From Eledone cirrhosa (lineage: Eukaryota), in contig OZ024744.1 of NCBI GenBank assembly GCA_964016885.1, positions 77,252,001 to 77,316,000 of the forward strand: a DNA stretch of 64,000 nt. The letters run 5' to 3'. The translations under genes were made by a program, and so were the position numbers. This document shows, one piece after another, positions 1 through 12,327 of this stretch. The notes beneath the pieces are model-generated. The model was not told the origin of the DNA. It saw only the letters and a program-made list of their open reading frames with translations, and ran no database searches. The first letter of the stretch is position 1. Each line of letters starts with the position of its first letter.

Positions 1-169
1 GAAAAAAAAAATTCACTTAATAGTTCTGCTCAAAAAAGTCAAGGGTAACAACTCAGGAATTTTATATTTATTAAAAGTGAACAAGACTGATATTTGGCAA
101 TTATGGGAGAGAACTCTGAATGAGTTTAAACTAATGTGACTGAGAAATAAACAATTTTAGTTATATATA

Positions 170-280
170 CATGGTGTCCCCAAAAAATGTTTACACACTT
201 CAACAGCATTCTAATAAATATTGCCTGTAGAGGTAATTAAAGTGTGTATACATTTTTTGGTGGGGGAGGGGGACATCGTG
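170..280. mobile_element. Tc1/mariner-type MITE (~110 bp), degenerate copy
   Basis: Terminal inverted repeats CA(T)GGTGTCCCCAAAAAATGT..ACATTTTTTGG..GGACATCGTG flanked by TA; a better copy lies at 17315-17420. Confidence 0.7.
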
Positions 281-809
281 TATATAGAATGATTAAAGGT
301 TGCAAATCAAATATAGCGATCGGCAGTCCAACTGCATTGCCATAGCAACGAAAAAGACTGGACTCAGGAAAATATTTTTTGACTGACCTGGACCATCACG
401 CGGAGATCGAATGCAATACATAATGGCATACGATATACATCACATACAACATACAACATCCACGCTAGGTTTCTGTAAATCCGAGATCGACTAAATCCGC
501 TTGCAGGGGTCTGCATAACCCAGAATCCGAGTTAAAATTTCATTACGCGAGCTTTCAGGTGATTATTTCGCTGAATGAAAACATTAGTAAGTAAAAACCG
601 ATGAAAACATTAGTAAGTAAAAACTGTATTTATTTAAAATATATATATACTATACTTTAACTTTGCCTTACAGTGTGGCATTTATAATTAATCACAAGAT
701 GCTTTTAAAAAATTTACACTTTATTTTGCAAAAGGTTTATCCTAAATGGTCTACGAATCAACACCAACTTGCTCCAGTACTCAGAGGCAGATCTTAAATC
801 TCCAAACAC

Positions 810-1070
810 CTCAGCTCAGTCGTGAGTTCAATTTCCAGCGGCGCGTTGTGTCCTTGAGCAAGACTCATTATTTTATATTGCTCCAGTTCACTCAGCTGCC
901 AAAAATGAGTTGTACTTGTAGTTCAGAGGGCGAGGCTTGTCACATTGTATGAATCCAAGTCTCCTCGAGAATTATGTTAAGTCGGTATGCGTCTATAAAT
1001 CCTTTACCACTTGCACATCAATTTTACGTGCAGACTGTTCTTTTGTAGAACAGCAGGAGTACTCATCAGT
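810..1070 (+). mobile_element. CORE-type tRNA-derived SINE, degenerate
   Basis: B-box GAGTTCAATT followed by TGTGTCCTTGAGCAAGAC..TTGCTCCAGTTCACTCAGCTG..AAATGAGT; similar to 18053-18372. Confidence 0.7.
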
Positions 1071-1199
1071 AAACATTGGATCTTTGTAGGTAGAAGATAG
1101 AACTTCAAATATCAAATAATCAATATGAATTTACATCCCAGAAATCTCAATTAATTATATTCGAAATTACGTATGCGGCGACGGAAAATACTTTAACAC

Positions 1200-1737
1200 G
1201 GTCCCAGTACTTACTGGTACTTTATTTTATCAACGCCATAAGAATGAAAGGCAAAGCTAACCTCAGTGGAATTAAAAATCGGGTGCTAAAGGGCTGTAGC
1301 TCTATGCCACAAAGCATGTTGTCCGATACTGCCAATAATAATAATTGTTTTTACTTTTGGCACAAGTCCTGCAATAACCCAGTACATTACTGGTACTTCA
1401 TTTTATCGACCCCGTAAGGATGAAAGGCAAAGTTAACCTCGACGGGATTTGAACTCAGACCGTAAAGAGACGTAACTATGCTAGAAAACATGGAGTCCAA
1501 CCCTCTACCGATTCTGCCAATCCACCTCCCTCACTGCCAATAATAATAATTGTTTCTACTTTTTGCACAAGGCCAGCAATTATCCCAGTGTATTACTGGT
1601 ACTTTATTTTATCGACCCCGTAAGGATGTAAGGCAAAGTCAACCTCGACGGGATTTGAACTCAGACCGTAAAGGGACGTAACTATGCTGGAAAGCATGGC
1701 GTCCGACTCTCTACCGATACTGACAATTCACCGCCCT
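1200..1737 (-). mobile_element. Three tandem copies of the main tRNA-derived SINE (family A)
   Basis: Reverse complement of GGTGGATTGGCAGTATCGGTAGAG..GAGTTCAAATCCCGCCGAGGTTAACTTTGCCTTTCATCCTTACGGGGTCGATAAAATAAAGTACCAG, three times; A-box TGGCAGTATCGG and B-box GAGTTCAAATC. Confidence 0.85.
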
Positions 1738-1791
1738 TAATATAATAATAAACTGTAGTTATATCTATATTAAATTTATCTTAAATCATAA

Positions 1792-1825
<34 letters not shown>

Positions 1826-1831
<6 letters not shown>

Positions 1832-2182
1832 GTGAGGTTTTTTTTACAAAATGAAAAATAACCGAGGTGTCCTACACGAGTGGAAGTATAAAGAAAAAGA
1901 GATGAAATCGAAAATGCAACTGAAGTCTTATTTTTTTTTAAAATATATATATTTATTTGGTTCCTTTACCGGTTTCGCAGTTCTTCTGCTTTTCAAAAGG
2001 TGAGTTGAGATGGAGGGTCTGTGGTTTTTCTCACATCAGATGTAAGAAAAACCAAAGACCCTCCATCTCAACTCACCTTTTGAAAAGCAGAAGAACTGCG
2101 AAACCGGTAAAGGAACCAAATAAATATATATATTTTAAAAAAAAATAAGACTTCAGTTGCATTTTCGATTTCATCTCTTTTT

Positions 2183-2189
<7 letters not shown>
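1826..2189. mobile_element. Hairpin HHR element in (TA)n (Penelope-like terminal repeat fragment)
   Basis: Near-perfect inverted arms 1887-2189 centred on ~2038, an extra tail at 1826-1886, (TA)n on both sides; related degenerate hairpin at 28441-28570. Confidence 0.75.
2076..2113 (+). ncRNA. Minimal type I hammerhead ribozyme, U3-A8 core variant (mirror copy 1963-2000 on -)
   Basis: CCTT-TTGAAAA-GCAG aagaa CTGC-GAAA-CCGG-TA-AAGG: stem I CCTT/AAGG, stem II GCAG/CTGC, palindromic helix III ACCGGT, GUA cleavage triplet. Confidence 0.7.
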
Positions 2190-2228
<39 letters not shown>

Positions 2229-2595
2229 CCCTTCTCACTTCCTCCCGTTTGGCTTGTGTGGGTCTCTTCTTGCTCACATCTCACACACATCAACACGGTC
2301 TGTACCTCTCCCGCTCATGAAATCCACCCAGCTTATGCTGACCGGACAACCATGTTGCTTGTTTATTTTCCTATCTTCGGTTTGCTTTTATCCTTCTATG
2401 TTGTTTACTTGTCCCCCTCGCCTAACGCGAATTCTGGTCCCAATAACTTTTTTTAGTTATTGCTCGCACCAACCTGAGGTATCTGATTTTTAATGCGATG
2501 AAATACCAATGATGGTTGGAAAATCACTGACGAAGGACTATTGTTATCATATGTTACCCATGTGCAAACCACGCACTATTCTTCTTTCTTCTCAT

Positions 2596-2661
<66 letters not shown>

Positions 2662-2690
2662 ATATTATTACACATATATATATATATATA

Positions 2691-2860
2691 TGAAAAAAAG
2701 GAAAAGAATGACTTCACTTGTAGTGTTAAATAATTTGATTTAATTTTATAATATTAATATTATAAAATTAAATTAAATTATTTAACACTACAAGTGAAGT
2801 CATTCTTTTCCTTTTTTTCAAATATACCTAACTGTACCAAGGATATCACACATCTTCCAA
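2691..2860 (+). mobile_element. Hairpin plus tail element between (TA)n tracts
   Basis: Inverted arms 2691-2820, then tail ATACCTAACTGTACCAAGGATATC..CTTCCA resembling tails at 23434-23503 and 31770-31840 (-). Confidence 0.6.
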
Positions 2861-2872
2861 TATATATATATA

Positions 2873-2961
2873 TCAAGCCATTTCGACGGCTAATTCTGGA
2901 CTAAATGTCCAGAATTAGCCGTCGAAACGGCTTGAGCTCTGCCGTCGGGGTCATACTTGTT

Positions 2962-2963
<2 letters not shown>
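2873..2963 (+). mobile_element. Short hairpin plus tail element (family also at 32252-32366 and 63860-63975)
   Basis: TCAAGCC.TTTCGACGGCTAATTCTGGAC taaat GTCCAGAATTAGCCGTCGAAACGGCTTGA, then GCTCTGCCGTCGGGGTCATACTTGTTCC(TA)n. Confidence 0.65.
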
Positions 2964-3018
<55 letters not shown>

Positions 3019-3085
3019 TGTTTAATATAGAAATGGCCTCCACAGGACTCTAGAACTGCTTCATTGTAATATAATATATAATATA

Positions 3086-3270
3086 TAATTGTTTCTACTT
3101 TAGGCACAAGGCCAGCAATTACCCAGTGCATTACTGGTACTTTATTTTATCGACACCGTAAGGATGAAAGGCAAAGTCAACCTCGGCGGGATTTGAACTC
3201 AGATCGTAAAGGGACGTAACTATGCTGGAAAGCATGGCGTCCGACCCTCTACCGATACTGCCAATCCACA
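3086..3270 (-). mobile_element. SINE family A
   Basis: Near full-length match to the family A consensus seen across the window. Confidence 0.85.
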
Positions 3271-3860
3271 TTCAGGTTCCCGAGTGGTGCCGCTGGTGTA
3301 CCACTGTCTAAAATGTGTGTGTGTGTGTGTGTGCTAACGAAAGATATGTGTGTATATGTTATTGCTGACATTTACTTAGAAATATTATCTGATCCATGAG
3401 TGGGTGTTATATTTAAACTTATTTATTTGGATTCTAAGACTACAAGAATTCAACTTTGTCGTCCAAGATCGACTCTACAGTTCTTTGTCCTTCCTCCTCT
3501 CCCCCCCCCCCCCATCTTCCCCACTCTCCTTCCTCCTTTCTCTCTCTGTATTTTTCTTTGACCGCCTGAGTCACTTAGTTTCTCTCTTCCTCTCACGCCT
3601 CTCCTCTCTCTCTTCCTCTCTTCCTTTCTTTTCCTGATTTTGTCTGATTTTGAAACGGTTCCTCCACATATTCTCAGTGAACTCTTCCGTCTTCAGTCCC
3701 AACTTCCCACCATACCATAAATGTTATTTCTGTAAAGAAAAAAAGGAAGAAGGAAAAAAAAAGATAAAGAAAAAGAAAGAAAAGGAAAAAAAATCCCTTT
3801 TCCCTCTGACATGATCAAGTTTCCATGTCGAAGGTCAACGAGTCACGTGACGGCAGATGT

Positions 3861-3911
<51 letters not shown>

Positions 3912-4174
3912 CATACATAAATATATATATATTAGTTAAATTTTTATTTTTATTTTTAAAGGAAATTGTATCTCGCATATCGTTTTCCATCTCTTGGGAT
4001 ATTGCAGCAGTTTCTGATTTTGCTAAGCTAAACATATAAATTAACATAGCCGAAATATACACTGGTTGAACTAGCAACAGCAATACCAATTCCTTTATTA
4101 ATAAATGACTCCTTATTACTAAGGCGCAAAGCCAAAATTTCTAGAATATGAGGATATGAGGTGATATAGTATAA

Positions 4175-4575
4175 AGTGGTCTCTAAACTGTTTTATACCA
4201 CAGACCGGCTTCATGCCAGACAATCTTCCTGCGGACCGGTAGTTACACATATGTGTTATTTAAGTGTATTTCAATAAAGAGAGCAATAATAAAAAGAGCA
4301 ATTTATTAAAGGGAAGAAGTGTATAATCTTTTGACTCTCGTGTCTGGGCTCCAACCTGACCACATATGTAAAATGTACTTACAGTTATGATAGATAGTAA
4401 AGGTAGACGTAAAATATACATTGATTATAAAATGTACTTACACTTATGGTATTAAGTAGATGAATATTGAATATTTAAACATATCTTTTTAAATTAAAGT
4501 TTGGTATTCAATTTATCTATTATATAATTTTAAACAAGTTAATTATTTCTTTGATGGACGGACAGGTACCGATGT
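4175..4575. mobile_element. hAT/Charlie-like non-autonomous element remnant
   Basis: End GTGGTCTCTAAACTGTTTTATACCACAGACCGGCTTCATG..GACAATCTTCCTGCGGACCGG resembles MER1-like hAT termini (from memory). Confidence 0.4.
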
Positions 4576-4626
4576 GTGTGTGTGTACGTGTGAGTGTGTG
4601 CGTGTGCACACACACACACACACATA

Positions 4627-4715
<89 letters not shown>

Positions 4716-4874
4716 ACACACACCTCTGTGTGGTCGTTTGGTCGGCTAAAAGTTTATTTTTTGCAAAGACACAAGGCCACACTTGGGAAAAGGAGGCAAC
4801 AGTCGATTAAATAATCTCCAGTGCATGACTGGTATTTTATTTTATTTTATCGAACTCAGAAAGGTTGATGGTTC

Positions 4875-5082
4875 TTCTGAGCAGGTTGTTGGCCCTCCGC
4901 TGAATAATCGGGTGATGGGGCTGCCATCTTGTCGGTGAGCTGACACGCCACAGGTCATGGTTGGTCTGGAACCTCCCCTGGAGACTGGCCTGCCTAGGAT
5001 AGCCCTACCAGGAGCAAAGCTCCAGACGGTAACACTCTTTTGGATTTACGGAACACACAAGCCCTCTCGTTACGACAAGGCC
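4875..5082 (-). mobile_element. RTE-clade (Expander/BovB-like) 5' region remnant
   Basis: Minus strand CCTTGTCGTAACGAGAGGGCTTGTGTG..CTCCTGGTAGGGCTATCC..GAGGTTCCAGAC resembles RTE 5' ends (from memory). Confidence 0.5.
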
Positions 5083-5289
5083 AGACCCAAGAATTGGAAA
5101 TAGAATGTACACAGCCAAAACAACTACTCTAACGGTTCTGCTAATTCACTGCTTTCCAGATATAGTAGCCAGATCTCCCTCAGATTAGATCCTATCGTTG
5201 TGAAAAATAAAGTAGATGAGTATGTCCAGGATAATGTAATCCTGGTTACATTAGAATTTAAACAAATATAGTGGCTACTAATTTTGGTT

Positions 5290-5502
5290 CCTGATTTAGG
5301 CACAAGGCCACCAATGTTGGCGGAGGGGAAAGTCGATTAAATCGATCCCAGTGCATTACTGATACTTTATTATATCGACCTCGTAAAGATGAAGAGCAAA
5401 ACTAACCTCGGTGGGATATGAACTGAGACTGTAAAGGGCCGTGACTCTGTGCCATAAAACATGTTGTCCGACGCTCTACCGATACTGCCAATCCACCGGC
5501 CT
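5290..5502 (-). mobile_element. SINE family A
   Basis: Match to the family consensus. Confidence 0.8.
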
Positions 5503-5562
5503 ACTCGAGTTACTAATATTACTAAGCATAAGTAATATTAAATTACTAGAGTAGGGTTGTTT

Positions 5563-5601
5563 TATCGTCTGATGAAGCATTAGCGTCGGAAACATTGATA
5601 A
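5563..5601 (+). ncRNA. Degenerate minimal hammerhead (same family as 7960, 10740 and 23308)
   Basis: CTGATGA-A-GCATTAGCGTCG-GAAA-CATTG, followed by the shared tail CAAGCGTTAAACTAATAT. Confidence 0.5.
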
Positions 5602-5717
5602 TCTTTTCCAACAACATCAAGCGTTAAACTAATATATGATCATTGTGTAGTATTGTTCTCCTAGGATATTTTTCATAACTGACTATGCTTACACATGTAC
5701 ACACATACATACATACA

Positions 5718-6362
5718 TGATGGCTGCCCCCTCGTTATCGAGTATGGCCATTGCACGATATAACATTATTAATAACTATCAATTAATTCTATCGTGCAAT
5801 GCCTGTGCGTGAAGATTTTTTTTAAGTGAAGAAATACTGTGCACTGAGCCAATCCCACTCTCTGAGCAACAGTAGCTATAACCCGAAAAGAAGAAAAGAT
5901 CATCATCGGTAACTACTGAGCCGCAGGTTTTATGTCGGAGTTACTCCAGTTTCCTGAGTTGCCTTCTCCTAAAAGAATGCCCTGACAAAGGCTAGGGGTC
6001 CTTCACTCCCAGTGGTTTAACCGCGCGATCGGGTATCCAGCCCGATTATTTCTATGTCTCCGCGCATATACATACACATGCATACATGTATATATATATA
6101 TATACACATACATATATATATACACACATATATATACACATACATACATGTATATACATATTTACACATTTTTGGATGGCCGTTGACTCTTATGAGTTCG
6201 TCTGCCCTTTGTCAGGTTTTGTTTTTTGTCCTGCGGGGTGTCCAAAATCACCCTCCTCAGCAAGTAAACTTGTTGGGGTTGCTGGTTTAGTCGCCGATGA
6301 CCCGACCATGCGACAGGTTGTACTGGATTACATGTTACCAGTAGCACTCAAGAGAGACCCGA
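5718..6362. mobile_element. Dispersed two-part retroposon-like repeat (second copy 51670-52165)
   Basis: Same two blocks in the same order in both copies (..CAATCCCACTCTCTGA..CCTTCTCCTA..CTAGGGGTC; TTGGATG.CCGTTGACTC..GTTGTACTGG.TTACATGTTACCAGTA). Confidence 0.55.
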
Positions 6363-6560
6363 CATATACATACATATATTCGAGAAATTTTGAGACACGT
6401 TTGCGAGAGACAATTACAACTGTTCTAGATTGTTGTAATTTTAGTAAATCATTACTATACCCTAGCAATTTTTGTTATTCCAGATTGTAGGAGGCGACTG
6501 TTACAACACCTCTAGTACACCCTACTAAACACTGCTTGTCGCAGCAGACTAGCGTGCTGA

Positions 6561-6910
6561 ATGCAAACGGGACGTGAAAACAAGAAAGTTCGCTATGCAA
6601 TAAGGTTTTGTGTGAAACTGGACAAAATCGCTACAGAAACTTATGAAATGATCCAGACCGTTTATGGATTAACTTGAATGAGCTGAGCATCTGTTTTTTT
6701 ACTGGCATAAGAGGTTAAAGGACGGTAGAGAGGAGGTGAGGAACGATGAAAGGTGTGGGAGAGAGAGGGGGACGTCAAAACGTCAGAGTTGGTTGACAAA
6801 ATTCATAATTTTCTGGATGACGACCATCATGTGTCATAAGGCAAAACAATAAGCCCACGTTTAGGAGTTGGTGTGGCAACTGAACTGTACACATAATTAT
6901 TCATGAAGAT
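6561..6910 (+). pseudogene. Mariner transposase N-terminal HTH remnant
   Basis: MQTGRENKKVRYAIRFCVKLDKIATETYEMIQTVYG..(stops, frameshift)..YWHKRLKDGREEVRNDERCGR, a typical mariner N-terminus. Confidence 0.85.
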
Positions 6911-6913
6911 CTT

Positions 6914-6977
6914 TGTTACAGCTTCCTTCATCTTCAAAACGACTGACCCTGAGGTTCTCTTTCAGTTTGGGGAACAA
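6914..6977 (-). pseudogene. Mariner transposase C-terminal fragment, inverted
   Basis: Minus strand reads LFPKLKENLRVSRFE, matching the segment after the YSPDL motif (FLFPKLK..LRG.RF). Confidence 0.65.
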
Positions 6978-7133
6978 CTGCTAGGGAACAAATCCGAAGA
7001 TGTACACTGATCCTGAGGCCAACGACGGCCAATAGGTTCATTTATTCCAGATCACATCAATAAATATTTATTTTAATAGTATTGAGTCGACTAATACTTT
7101 ATGAATGGTGGAAACTGTGCAAAAGACCAGCGA

Positions 7134-7214
<81 letters not shown>

Positions 7215-7354
7215 CGCGCATGCGTATATGTGTGCGTGTGAGTATGTGTGGAGGTATATGTATGTGTGCGTGTAAGTGTAAAATGAGCAGCCTGCTCGTT
7301 GAATTAACATATACGTGGCTGAGTATTCCACAGAGACGTATGTACATTTAACTT

Positions 7355-7478
7355 AAGCACAAGGCCAACAATTTTGGGGGGAAGGGAGAGTCGATTTTAT
7401 CGACTCCGTAAGGATAAAAGGCAAAGTAACCTTGGCGGGGTTTGAACTCATAACGTAATGGGCCATAACTAAATGCCG
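7355..7478 (-). mobile_element. SINE family A, partial
   Basis: Match to the family consensus. Confidence 0.7.
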
Positions 7479-7959
7479 CTAATAACCAGCGTGACACAGT
7501 GAAAACTCTTGACTTATGTTACAATCGATTCTACGGAATCGGGTTTTTACTTTCCTCTATACCCACTGCGCTTCTTCTTATGCATAGAGTACTCCCCTGA
7601 ATTGTGGTCTCCCGGTCTCATCATCGCAGACTTTATATATATACATGTGTGTGTGTGTGTGTGTGTGCGTGTGCGTGTGTGTGGGTGTGTATGTGGGTGC
7701 GCGCGCGCGCGCGCGTGTGTAGGTGTGTGTGTGCGTGCGTGTGCGTGTGTGTGTGTGTGCGCGTGCGTGTGCGTGTGTGTGTGTGCGCGCGCGCTTGTGT
7801 GGGTGTAGGTGTGTGGGGGGTGCGAGCGCGCGCGCGTTTGTGTGTTCCCGTGAGTGTGTGTGTATGTATGCAAAAGCTAAACAGAAATAACAAAGCAAAC
7901 AACAGTTTACAATAAAGAAATGTATTATTAGTGTTATGCTTAATATAGTAGGAAAAGAG

Positions 7960-7995
7960 TCTTAACGTTTCGGACATTAGTCCTTCATCAGAAAA
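7960..7995 (-). ncRNA. Minimal type I hammerhead in a ~150-bp dispersed element (7870-8030)
   Basis: Minus strand TTTT-CTGATGA-A-GGAC taat GTCC-GAAA-CG-TT-AAGA; palindrome AACGTT at helix III. Confidence 0.75.
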
Positions 7996-8051
7996 TAGAA
8001 TGAGAAATGAAAGAAGAAATAAAAAGATTAAGAAGACGGGCAGTGATGGAA

Positions 8052-8240
8052 ACGAATGGTCGGTTGAAAAGTTCATAGGCTGACTATGAAGGATTGATGC
8101 TAGGGCTGTGAAATCTTGCATGCATTAATCTCAACTCTTATTAATAACTGTATTGTTTCTTTCCAGGAACTATGGTGCTGAAAAATAAACCTCATTTGGT
8201 CATTCCACGGGGTATCTTGATCAGCCAATGACCATCGTAT
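8052..8240. mobile_element. Mariner-type MITE (other pieces at 16117-16205 and 29060-29169)
   Basis: TIR CGA.TGGTCGG.TGAAAAGTTCATAGGCTGAC..GACCATCG with TA; shared internal sequence with the other two copies. Confidence 0.65.
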
Positions 8241-8374
8241 ATATATGACTCTGTATACCGTTTATCTTTCACCGAAAGTGGATTTTCATTACATCTCTTC
8301 TTTCCATGATATCCGGAATACATTGAGTTCTTCATACGGATTGGACACTACCGTAAACTCTTGGTAGATTTATC

Positions 8375-8421
<47 letters not shown>

Positions 8422-8428
<7 letters not shown>

Positions 8429-8588
8429 TGAGATTCTACAGGACTAGAACTGTTTCATTCTTTAGAAATCATAATGAAACAGTTCTAGTCCTGTAGAATC
8501 TCATCTATATTAAAACTTTTATACTCTGCAATGTATTGAGTACCTTACTTACTGTGGTTACCTCCGACTCAACCGGAATAACGTACCT
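8422..8588 (+). mobile_element. Hairpin plus tail element in (TA)n
   Basis: Arms GATGAGATTCTACAGGACTAGAACTGTTTCATT / AATGAAACAGTTCTAGTCCTGTAGAATCTCATC; the tail recurs at 19670-19765 (-) and an arm fragment at 3018-3070. Confidence 0.65.
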
Positions 8589-8676
8589 ATATATATATAT
8601 ACAGTATTTACGTATCGTGAATTTAACCCCCAAAACTCTTTCCGAGCAATGTAAGGAACACTTTTGGTTATTTATG

Positions 8677-8712
8677 CCCTTAAGAAGCCCAACTGGGCGA
8701 AACGTACGTAGG
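8677..8712 (+). ncRNA. Degenerate minimal hammerhead
   Basis: CC-CTTAAGA-A-GCCC aact GGGC-GAAA-CGTACG-TA-GG; G5 is mutated, stem II and the palindromic helix III are intact. Confidence 0.55.
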
Positions 8713-8769
8713 TGGTGTTTTAAATAAATATGTTTTAACGGTCTATTTTCCGATTTCTTACTTTTCCAC

Positions 8770-8815
<46 letters not shown>

Positions 8816-9384
8816 GATTCTAACTTTAAATTTATACCTAATTGTGTATGGTTGACGGTATATTTAGTCGATTTCTAGATGCTGTTGAAATGTTGGGTAA
8901 ATATTCTATTGCGGTCGGCCGCGAAGAGGCTGCTGTCGTTTATTTATCAAATATTTCTTCATAGGAGCCTTTATTCTTATAGCCTGGTCTAACTGATTTT
9001 TTATGTGGTTAATTATGCTAATTGGGAGAGGAAATAGTGTATATATTTTATCAAATGATTGTATGGACATAATTTATGATATATATATATATATATTAAT
9101 ACATGGTAAATTAAGCATACATTTTCATAAAATCGAACTCACAACCTCACGATTACGAATCCAATTCTCTAACCACTCAGCCACACGCCTTCACTCGTAC
9201 CGGGCGATGCATTATGTCCTTGTGCAAGACACTTTATTTCACGTTGCTCCTAGATAGTATCACCAATTGGAAAGACCAATGGAAACTTTGTTTCCTAGGT
9301 CCGATTTGACGAATGTCGATCGTTCCTTTCATAAAATACTTAAGTTTCATGATATTAGTCTTTCAGTAGACAACTTCCATTATT

Positions 9385-9575
9385 AGGGCGATGGATTGGC
9401 AGTATCGGTAGAAGGTCTGACGCCATGCTTTGCAGCAGAGTTACGGCCCTTTATGGTCTGAGTTCAACTACCGCCGAGGTTAACTTTGCCTTTCATCGTT
9501 ACAGGGTCGATAAAATAAAGTACCAGTAATGCACTGGGTAATTGCTGGCCTTGTGCCAAAAGTAGAAACAATTAT
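9385..9575 (+). mobile_element. SINE family A
   Basis: Full head-to-tail match. Confidence 0.85.
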
Positions 9576-10019
9576 TAGTGGCAATTCCCTCGAGTGAATT
9601 ACCACTAATAATGGGATTTTTATCCGTCATCAGTGACATTTACACACTTATTACTGTGACAAGAATAGGCCAAAGTCTATATGTGTTATTTGTTGTTGTT
9701 GTTTTTTTTTTAGAATGAAACTTCGGCAGGAGATGCTCATTTGCATATAGTCTGAACTTGACCGTCTCTGACAATATTGATAAAATAAATACCAGAGATG
9801 ATGGAGTCGATATGATCGATTAAAACCCTCCCCGGCTGTGCTCCATCATGGCCGTGGTCCAAAGACTGAAACCAGTAAAAGAATAACATAGTCTGAAGTA
9901 TTTTCAGAAAAAGGTGTAACCTATAAATCTTTCGTAAAAGTTCTCAACCAGATAGACTATGTAGAAAATACTTGAACCAGGCAGACTTTTGTTTTAACTG
10001 ATTAATCTAAATATAGAGG

Positions 10020-10320
10020 GGTTTCTGGTATTCGTTTTGGTTCTCTGGTCTCTCAGTTCAAATCCCGCCGAGGTCAACTTTGCCTTTCATCGTTTCGAGG
10101 TCGATAAAAAAAGTATCAGTCTAGTACTGGGGTTGATTCTTCCTCTATACCTCTTTCACTCTCCCTCTCTCGCGCACTTTCTATCCTTTTCTGGAAGAAA
10201 TCTGCTCTGTACAGACCTGGAGTGCGATGGGCTCTGCCATGCTTAAAATTCCCCCAAAATGCCGTATGCCACTACCGCGTCCCTACGATTCTGTCAAGAG
10301 TTATGGAATCATACCATACA
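10020..10320 (+). mobile_element. SINE with family A head/core and an alternative 3' region (also 21455-21782 -, 38625-38895 +)
   Basis: After GTCGATAAAA..GTA(C/T)CAGTCTAGTACTG it continues ..CAGACCTGGAG..GATGGGCTC.GCCA.GCTTAAAAT.CCC..CCCTACGA.TCT.TCAAGAGT.ATGG; three related copies. Confidence 0.65.
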
Positions 10321-10739
10321 ATCTAAATATATCGGTCTATGTAGAATTAACACACTACCTTGTTTAGCATTGCAATCTTAGTTTTGCGTATCTTTGACAA
10401 AGTTTCCGCTATCATAATTATTCAGACCAAACAAGCAGTTTCATCATTGATTACGTCAATACGCAAATGTTTATGCTGCAATAGCGTGCGGCAATTTGGT
10501 GATGCCCGGAGCCAACTTCTTGATTGTATGCCTCTAAAACTCGGGTATAAACTATAACACTGAGAAATATGACCTAAGAAGACATTTTATATACGTACCC
10601 CCCCCCCCCCCCCCCCATCCCACACCCATCACGAAAAAAACGAAAAAAAAACATGAAATATGAAATAAACAACACTTCATTCAAATTAATTTAAAACCAG
10701 CTACATTTACTTTCTATTTATCTTCTATTTCTAGCTTTA

Positions 10740-10775
10740 TCTTCTGATGAAAGATTAGTGTCCGAAAGGTTGAGG
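10740..10775 (+). ncRNA. Degenerate minimal hammerhead (same family as 23308)
   Basis: TCTT-CTGATGA-A-AGAT tagt GTCC-GAAA-GG-TT-GAGG, followed by the family tail. Confidence 0.55.
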
Positions 10776-11347
10776 CTCTCTTCCTGCTATTTCAAGCGTT
10801 AAACTAATATGTTTCTCCTATGTACTGTACCGGGGTTTTTTGTGGGGTTTTTTTTGTTGTTGTTATTTTTGGGGGTTTTGTTGTTATTACATTTATTAAC
10901 TCCGGTTCCCCCAAAATGAAATCTCATGTCAGAAAATACTTCAACTACTTCAACAGTGAAGAACTCTATTTCAATGTTAATTAAAGCCAGGCTGGTCAGT
11001 AGACCACTGAGCTCAGTAGCCATATTGAATGGAGAACTCTGCGGGACTCTTTGGTTGGATACCTTCAAAGCCTGCCCTGATACCGATCCCCCGGACCATC
11101 GACCCCATCATACGTCACCCCCGTCCCTGCACGTCACTACTACCCGGACATTAGTCGTTTCTAGCATCTCACCAGCTTTGGAAACTGGCTTGCAAAACAC
11201 AAAATAAAAACAAAAAAAAAGTCATGATCACTAACATTCATTTATCTGACTAACTTATATTTTTTTTAAATGTACGAAAAAAAAAATAATAATAATAATA
11301 ATTTCCGATCTGGTGGGCTGGACATGAGGGTCAATACCTTCATTCAG

Positions 11348-11438
<91 letters not shown>

Positions 11439-11870
11439 AAAAAAAAGAAAAAAGAAAGAAAGTAATAAAGGATGAAAAAGAAAGAAAGAAATAAGGAAAA
11501 AGAAAGAAAGAATAAATAAATAAATAATAAAGAAAGAAAGAAAAAAAGAAGAAAACAAATAAATAAATAAATAAAAAGTCTCCTGATAAACGGAAAATAA
11601 CTTTCAAGTGTTACGGAAACCCGCAAAGATGAGGGACATAAAATGGAGACCAAAGACAAGAGGAACGCTCACAAAAATGTCCCCCCCAAAAAAGTTTCCT
11701 AAAACAAAAGCAAAACAATAAAGAAGGGATCATGTTATTCATAATTTTAAAACTAGCTTTATCACATTCCTCTCCCTCTCTTTATCACCATTTTGTCCTT
11801 TCCTTCCACCACTACTCTTTCCATTCCATTCTGAATTATTTTATTTGATAAAAAAAAAATATAGATAGAT

Positions 11871-11909
<39 letters not shown>

Positions 11910-11946
11910 TATTTCTTTATTAGCCACAGGGGCACAAAAGAAGGGG

Positions 11947-12020
<74 letters not shown>

Positions 12021-12327
12021 ACGGAGAAGAAAATAAAAGTTACAAAAAATGACTCCAACAACAACAGCAGCAGCAACAGCAGCAAAGCAAAAAAAAAAAA
12101 AAAAATAAATAAATAAATAAATAAAATAGTAAAACAACGAAAGAGAACTTAAAATTCTTTGTCCGGTGTTTAATCCCCTAAAAGGCTAAAATTTCACGTT
12201 TTATTTTCACCCCTTCTTCTAATGTCAAGGGTCATTGCAAGCTATAAAAAATAAATTTGGGATTCCAAATCCTCGCTACCAACACCAGCATGCCACCAAC
12301 GAACCACCAACACCGTCCTACCTCATA

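Noticed and set aside
2527-2569. CTGACGAAGGAC..GTGCAAAC as a hammerhead
   Set aside because: GAAA and stem II are broken and there is no convincing stem I
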